From: a virus
Lineage: Duplodnaviria; Caudoviricetes
Virus record (IMG/VR): IMGVR_UViG_3300045119_000159
Span: 1 to 58,837 of that record
Direction: 5' to 3' (one strand)
Length of the DNA stretch: 58,837 nt
Position numbers and translations under genes: made by a program. Below, in pieces: positions 54,844 to 58,837 of the stretch. Below the pieces are notes generated by a model that was not told the origin of the DNA, did no database searches, and worked only from the letters and a program-made list of their open reading frames with translations. Within the stretch, counting starts at the first letter, position 1. Every line of letters begins with the position of its first letter.

Positions 54844-55410
54844 TTAAAAACCAAAATGGACTCTCAAGCTCCCTAGCGCTCCGATCAAAACACCCGCGGC
54901 CATTGTTGGGGGCATCGCTCGACCCCGGTAATCCTCCCGCGCCAGCCATCCTTTGATGCTCGTCTCGCAGCCGAAGACGTGCCATACCCCACACCCGGCA
55001 ACGCTTCCCATGCCTCCCAGCGCCGCCACGGCAGCGTGAACGGCTTCCCACGCCCCAACATGCCCAAAATGCTTTCCGGGTATAGGCGAGCCTCCTGTGC
55101 GGCCCATATCGGCTGCGCGGAGCGGCGACAAGCCGGCGCGCTGGAATAGCTCGTGGAACGTATCGGCAGCCATCCTTTCCTCCTTGGTGATGCGCCCGGC
55201 GCGTTCCCAGGTATCAAGCAATGCGTATCCTTGCCACGGATCGCCGATGCCTCCTTGGGAATCGACAATCTGATCGGGGAGACGCTTCACCTTGCCGTGC
55301 TGCTTGCGCCAGTCCGTAGGCTCGTTCGATACCGGCTCGTGATGCGGCAGCGGGGCTTCGATCCGTTCCCCGAAGTAGTCAACCGGCTTATTGCGCTGCT
55401 CAACCATCAT
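54844..55410 (-). CDS. DUF6456-like putative late transcription regulator
   Basis: G.IT.....AA..F...AVAALG...VWHV.G...S...L..AL..L..HFG; immediately before the late operon. Confidence 0.7.
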   Translation of the reverse strand: MMVEQRNKPVDYFGERIEAPLPHHEPVSNEPTDWRKQHGKVKRLPDQIVDSQGGIGDPWQGYALLDTWERAGRITKEERMAADTFHELFQRAGLSPLRAADMGRTGGSPIPGKHFGHVGAWEAVHAAVAALGGMGSVAGCGVWHVFGCETSIKGWLAREDYRGRAMPPTMAAGVLIGALGSLRVHFGF

Positions 55411-55595
55411 GCATCTAGCCCCCGGAACTGCCCTAGTTTTTCACGACAATCCAGCCAATTCCTGGCTTGTAGGTCGCAGTTACGCTGTCTCGCGCCGTTA
55501 ACCCATTGGGCCAGGTGTTTGGCGCTGGTTGCTGCATCTCAGGAATTGACCACCAATGCCAAGCCAGGGCGATGGCGAGCAATACAGCGCAAACG

Positions 55596-55817
55596 TCAAA
55601 CCATCTCATCGCTGCGTTTCCCCCGTCTTAGCCTGATTGTCTCTGCCGCTGAGCGCAGCCCTCGAACCAATTGCCCGACACGCTGCGGGGTTATTTTGAA
55701 TGCCCGCGCTACCTCCCGGACCGTATGGCCGGCGAGGTAATAGGTGCGTACCGCCTCGTTGCGCTCGACCTTTGGCTTTCGCCCACGTGTTTCTGGCGTT
55801 ACGTTGACAGGTTCCAT
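55596..55817 (-). CDS. HTH DNA-binding protein
   Basis: RNEAVR..YLAGHTVREVARAFKITPQRVGQLV. Confidence 0.75.
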   Translation of the reverse strand: MEPVNVTPETRGRKPKVERNEAVRTYYLAGHTVREVARAFKITPQRVGQLVRGLRSAAETIRLRRGKRSDEMV

Positions 55818-55870
55818 CTGCCATAATGTAGGCCATCTGCAAAAAAATTGCAATCCCTCGATTATTTTCC

Positions 55871-55899
55871 TTGACAGGCTGATTTGGCCGCTCTATGTT
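55871..55899 (+). promoter_or_regulatory. Sigma70 promoter of the small-gene array
   Basis: TTGACA-N17-TATGTT with AT-rich upstream tract. Confidence 0.75.
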
Positions 55900-55936
55900 C
55901 GTATTCATCAGAGCAGACAACACGGAGCGAAACCCA

Positions 55937-56137
55937 ATGAACCACCCAGATATCACCGTCTACCAGGATGCAACCGGCTGGGCATTTGTGCCGCATGGCG
56001 AAAAAGCGGACGCTTTTGTGTTTCATCAGTTTGCGTCTATCGGCGAGCGTGACCTTGAGCTTGCCGACGTGAACGAGATTTGCCATCGCGCCAAATGCCG
56101 TGGCTTTAAGGTTAACTTCGTACCGCAAGCGGCCTAA
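55937..56137 (+). CDS. Small hypothetical protein
   Basis: First ORF after the promoter, GGAG RBS. Confidence 0.6.
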   Translation: MNHPDITVYQDATGWAFVPHGEKADAFVFHQFASIGERDLELADVNEICHRAKCRGFKVNFVPQAA

Positions 56138-56152
56138 CAAGGCCTGTCGGCG

Positions 56153-56176
56153 CTGATGAGTTCCGAAAGGATGAAA
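56153..56176 (+). ncRNA. Hammerhead-ribozyme-like core (incomplete)
   Basis: CTGATGA-GTTCC-GAAA-GGAT-GAAA; stems I and III not resolved. Confidence 0.3.
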
Positions 56177-56180
56177 CCCG

Positions 56181-56537
56181 ATGACGATTTATAGCAATCC
56201 TCGTATGGAAGCGGTTATCGACGGCTGGCCAATCGGCTCGCAGCGGACTACCGCAACATTCGCAATCGAAACCGACCCGAAACGGGGTCAACGTGGAACG
56301 CGGTTCATTATTGACCCGAAGACCGGGAAGCCCAGCGCGACGAAGAAGCTCACCTTTGCGCGGCAAGCTCGGATCGTCGATGGCGACGACGGCCGCACCT
56401 ACATCATCGAGTTGACCATGTATGGTCATATCTCGGTTATGCGCGGCGATATGAAATATCAGGCCGAGGATGCCATTTTCGAGCGCGACCCGCGATACGC
56501 CGACATGCGCGCTCTGTTCAATGTGGCGGCGCTCTAA
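56181..56537 (+). CDS. Hypothetical protein
   Basis: Clear ORF with high-GC codon usage; GDDGRTYI motif. Confidence 0.8.
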   Translation: MTIYSNPRMEAVIDGWPIGSQRTTATFAIETDPKRGQRGTRFIIDPKTGKPSATKKLTFARQARIVDGDDGRTYIIELTMYGHISVMRGDMKYQAEDAIFERDPRYADMRALFNVAAL

Positions 56538-56585
56538 GCGCCGTCGCTTCCCCATACCAAACACGGCAGACAAAGAGGAATTGAG

Positions 56586-56813
56586 ATGATCGCGAAAATC
56601 ACCAAGGCTTACGTCCGGCACTACAGCGACAATGGCCAAACCAAGGCTTATGTCGAGTGGATCGACCACAAAGGGCAAGCCGGCCGCACCGAAGCCGACA
56701 TCACCAGCCGGCCAGAGGACGGCGTGATGTCTGAGGTTTACGGCGCTCATATGGGTGCGCTCATGGCGCGCGCTATCTGCACTGGCGTCACCATCGACCG
56801 CGAGACTTTGTAG
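56586..56813 (+). CDS. Hypothetical protein
   Basis: GAGGA RBS; YSDNGQTKAYVEW..GRTE. Confidence 0.8.
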   Translation: MIAKITKAYVRHYSDNGQTKAYVEWIDHKGQAGRTEADITSRPEDGVMSEVYGAHMGALMARAICTGVTIDRETL

Positions 56814-56849
56814 AGGCGTCCCCACCAACACGGCAGCAGGAGAAACCAG

Positions 56850-57065
56850 ATGACCATTACCAGCCAATTCGATCTCACCTTCGCCACCCAAGCCGAAGCG
56901 GCTGATTTCTTCGCCGCGCTCGACTATCGGCGGCTCCCCGTTCGCCAAGAAACCTATGCGGCGCAAGGCCGCAACGATGATGGTCTCGCCATCGTCACGT
57001 TCGCCCGCCGCAATCTCGTTGATGATGAAGGTCTGCATTTTCACTTTTCAGAAGTGAATCGCTGA
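56850..57065 (+). CDS. Hypothetical protein
   Basis: Follows repeat with GGAG RBS. Confidence 0.7.
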   Translation: MTITSQFDLTFATQAEAADFFAALDYRRLPVRQETYAAQGRNDDGLAIVTFARRNLVDDEGLHFHFSEVNR

Positions 57066-57066
57066 G

Positions 57067-57258
57067 ATGGATAACACCGAAGGCTCTGACGCTCACCTGA
57101 TCGCCGCCGCGCCGGAGCTGTATGCGGCGCTGAAGTTCGTTTTCGAGCACATCGCCGACAAAGAGCGAGGACCGCGCGATCTTTATCCAGCTTTCGGCTT
57201 GGACGCACAGCGCGTAATCGAGATGGCGCGCGCCGCGCTCGCCAAAGCGCGAGGCTAG
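57067..57258 (+). CDS. Hypothetical phage protein
   Basis: AHLIAAAPELYAAL...AALAKA motif. Confidence 0.7.
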   Translation: MDNTEGSDAHLIAAAPELYAALKFVFEHIADKERGPRDLYPAFGLDAQRVIEMARAALAKARG

Positions 57259-57292
57259 TCCCCACCAACACGGCAGCCCACGGAGAGATCAG

Positions 57293-57559
57293 ATGCGGAT
57301 GTTCGACGCGCTGAAAGCCGACGCCGAGAAGCTGCGCGCTCTGACCGGCGAAACGCAGTCGTTCATGATTTCCTGCGACGATTGCGGTGGTGAAGGCGGC
57401 TACGAAGTGGCTTACGCCGCGACCTCGAAATGGGGCGACCCAACGCCCGGCGGCGAATGGATCGAATGCCCCACCTGTCACGGCTCGGGCTGGCTCGACA
57501 ACCACGAACCAGAACCGCCCCTCGATCCCGACGAAATATTTCCGCCGTTCTCTGACTAG
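57293..57559 (+). CDS. Zn-finger (CxxCxGxG) protein
   Basis: CDDCGGEG and CPTCHGSG. Confidence 0.75.
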   Translation: MRMFDALKADAEKLRALTGETQSFMISCDDCGGEGGYEVAYAATSKWGDPTPGGEWIECPTCHGSGWLDNHEPEPPLDPDEIFPPFSD

Positions 57560-57592
57560 CCCCACCAACACAGCAACCCACGGAGAGATCAG

Positions 57593-57715
57593 ATGACCCG
57601 TTTCCGCATGGACAACACCAAAGGCTACAGCGCTGCCGAACTTTCCGAACTCAATGCAGCATGGGAGGAAATCATTGCGGCCGCCAATGTCGTCATCTCC
57701 AGATCACAAGGATGA
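57593..57715 (+). CDS. Small hypothetical protein (40 aa)
   Basis: MTRFRMDNTKGYSAAELSELN after the fourth repeat. Confidence 0.6.
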   Translation: MTRFRMDNTKGYSAAELSELNAAWEEIIAAANVVISRSQG

Positions 57716-57843
57716 GTTGAAGCGCGGCAAATGCACCAACAACCACCCACCTGATCGCAGCTTGTTCGATGGGGAAGACCCATGCCATTCCGACTCCGGA
57801 AACGAATCCCGCTATGAAATCTTCGGTGCTCATTGGCCGGCGG

Positions 57844-58287
57844 CTAGAAACGCACCGCTGGGCATCCTAGGCCATGCTCAGGACGCCACTCTGTTTCCCT
57901 CAGTACCCGGTCCATATAGGCGTCCCAAGCGTCACAGCGGTCGAATGTGGTGCGCTGCCGCTCGCTTCCAAATCTCACCCAGCCCCGGCGTCTGGCAAGG
58001 CCGATAACGCCACACTTGGCAATTCCGTGCTTTGCGCCAATCTCGGAAGCTGTGCTCCGCGTCTCCTCCCACTCCTGCCGGATAGCCTCTTCCTCGCCAG
58101 GCGTCCGCTTCCTTGGAGGTTTCTGCGGATTGAACGAAACCCATCCCCGTCGCCTGAAGAGGCGATAAAGAGTATCCTCCGATACTCCGTAGTCGGCAGC
58201 TATTTGCCTTCGCGTCGTCGGCGTCTCTTCCCACAATACGCGAATGGCCTCTTCCTGTTCTGGACTCACGATATCCGCCCTCCGCAA
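57844..58287 (-). CDS. Tandem GcrA-like HTH protein
   Basis: Two EEAIR..WEE..T...I...G HTH units; second unit TASEIG...KCGVIGLARRRG; start uncertain. Confidence 0.7.
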   Translation of the reverse strand: MRRADIVSPEQEEAIRVLWEETPTTRRQIAADYGVSEDTLYRLFRRRGWVSFNPQKPPRKRTPGEEEAIRQEWEETRSTASEIGAKHGIAKCGVIGLARRRGWVRFGSERQRTTFDRCDAWDAYMDRVLRETEWRPEHGLGCPAVRF

Positions 58288-58533
58288 GCCTCGATCTCAG
58301 CCCTTGATGGCTGGTTCTCATCTCCCCCACACTGCCCGCCACAGCCCTGACACTTGCCCTGCGCGCTGCTGAGCGTGGCCCCATATGGGTCTTTCACCCA
58401 GCACACGCCATGCTCGCCGAGGTGACACTGCGACGGGCGGCGAGCCATGCGAACCGGCTCCAGTCTCGCGATGTCTTCCGGCGAGGGACGCATCACACTC
58501 GCGCCTCTATCGCCGATCCGTCGTGACGGATGG

Positions 58534-58722
58534 TCATGCTTGCCATTCCCGACTGGTTCGCCGAACATAGGCGTTGAGCCAGCGCACATGCGCCCAGCCG
58601 TAAGGTCTCTCGCCGATTAGGTGACGCAGGCGGTACAGCGGAAAGCCAGACAACCACCAAAAGCGCTCAGCGAGCAGCCGCGACACGACCCCACTAGACC
58701 ACCCGAACCGCCGAAAAAACAT
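58534..58722 (-). CDS. Hypothetical protein
   Basis: GGAGGAGG RBS; continues the operon across the circular junction. Confidence 0.55.
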   Translation of the reverse strand: MFFRRFGWSSGVVSRLLAERFWWLSGFPLYRLRHLIGERPYGWAHVRWLNAYVRRTSREWQA

Positions 58723-58837
58723 TGCTCCTCCTCCATCCCCCGGTACTCGCTATGTCAGCCCCTTCTCCACGGCTAGCCATCGCGGCACCAGGACCGATGT
58801 CTCGTCATCGGACAGTTCGACCTGCGACAACGGGAGC
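58711..58837. repeat. Terminal direct repeat, right copy
   Basis: Identical to 1-127. Confidence 0.97.

Larger units (their letters stand above)
56550..57595 (+). repeat. Four dispersed intergenic repeats CCCCACCAACAC(G/A)GCA...RBS-ATG
   Basis: Copies at about 56550 (diverged), 56820, 57260, 57560, each just before a start codon. Confidence 0.88.
1..58710. mobile_element. Complete circular phage genome, podovirus-like virion, temperate-type early region
   Basis: Terminase, portal, capsid, tail tubular proteins, lysis genes, repressor switch; ends overlap. Confidence 0.95.

Noticed and set aside
56550-57595. CRISPR array
   Set aside because: Intervals are about 270-440 bp and are coding; repeats are diverged; no cas genes
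1-58710. Alternative genetic code
   Set aside because: Core genes are full length under the standard code
58711-58837. 127-bp terminal repeat as a biological T7-like DTR
   Set aside because: The length equals a common assembly k-mer and it cuts through coding sequence, so it is most likely circular overlap

Overview
The window is an apparently complete, circularly assembled 58,710-bp tailed dsDNA phage genome: bases 58711-58837 repeat bases 1-127 exactly. The virion module is podovirus-like (TerS/TerL, T7/BPP-1-type portal, scaffold, capsid, tail tubular A and B, three ejection proteins). The early region is lambdoid (CI/Cro-like switch with mirrored operators and promoters, YqaJ/ERF recombination, RusA, AAA_25 helicase). 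An alphaproteobacterial host is inferred from the GcrA-like and repressor-type proteins. Main oddities: (1) eight tail-fibre, tailspike or glycan-lyase-like late proteins, most of them Cys-containing, carry Sec-type signal peptides; (2) an attP-like site and two Xis paralogues are present but no integrase is recognisable; (3) a structured non-coding region with a G-tract and pas-like repeats sits where a replication initiator gene would be; (4) tail tubular protein A is triplicated; (5) an ejection protein fuses a lytic transglycosylase and an SGNH domain; (6) there is a phage-borne PEP-CTERM protein; (7) a small-gene array is punctuated by a repeated intergenic motif and a hammerhead-like core. 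All family calls come from motif recognition by eye, not database searches.
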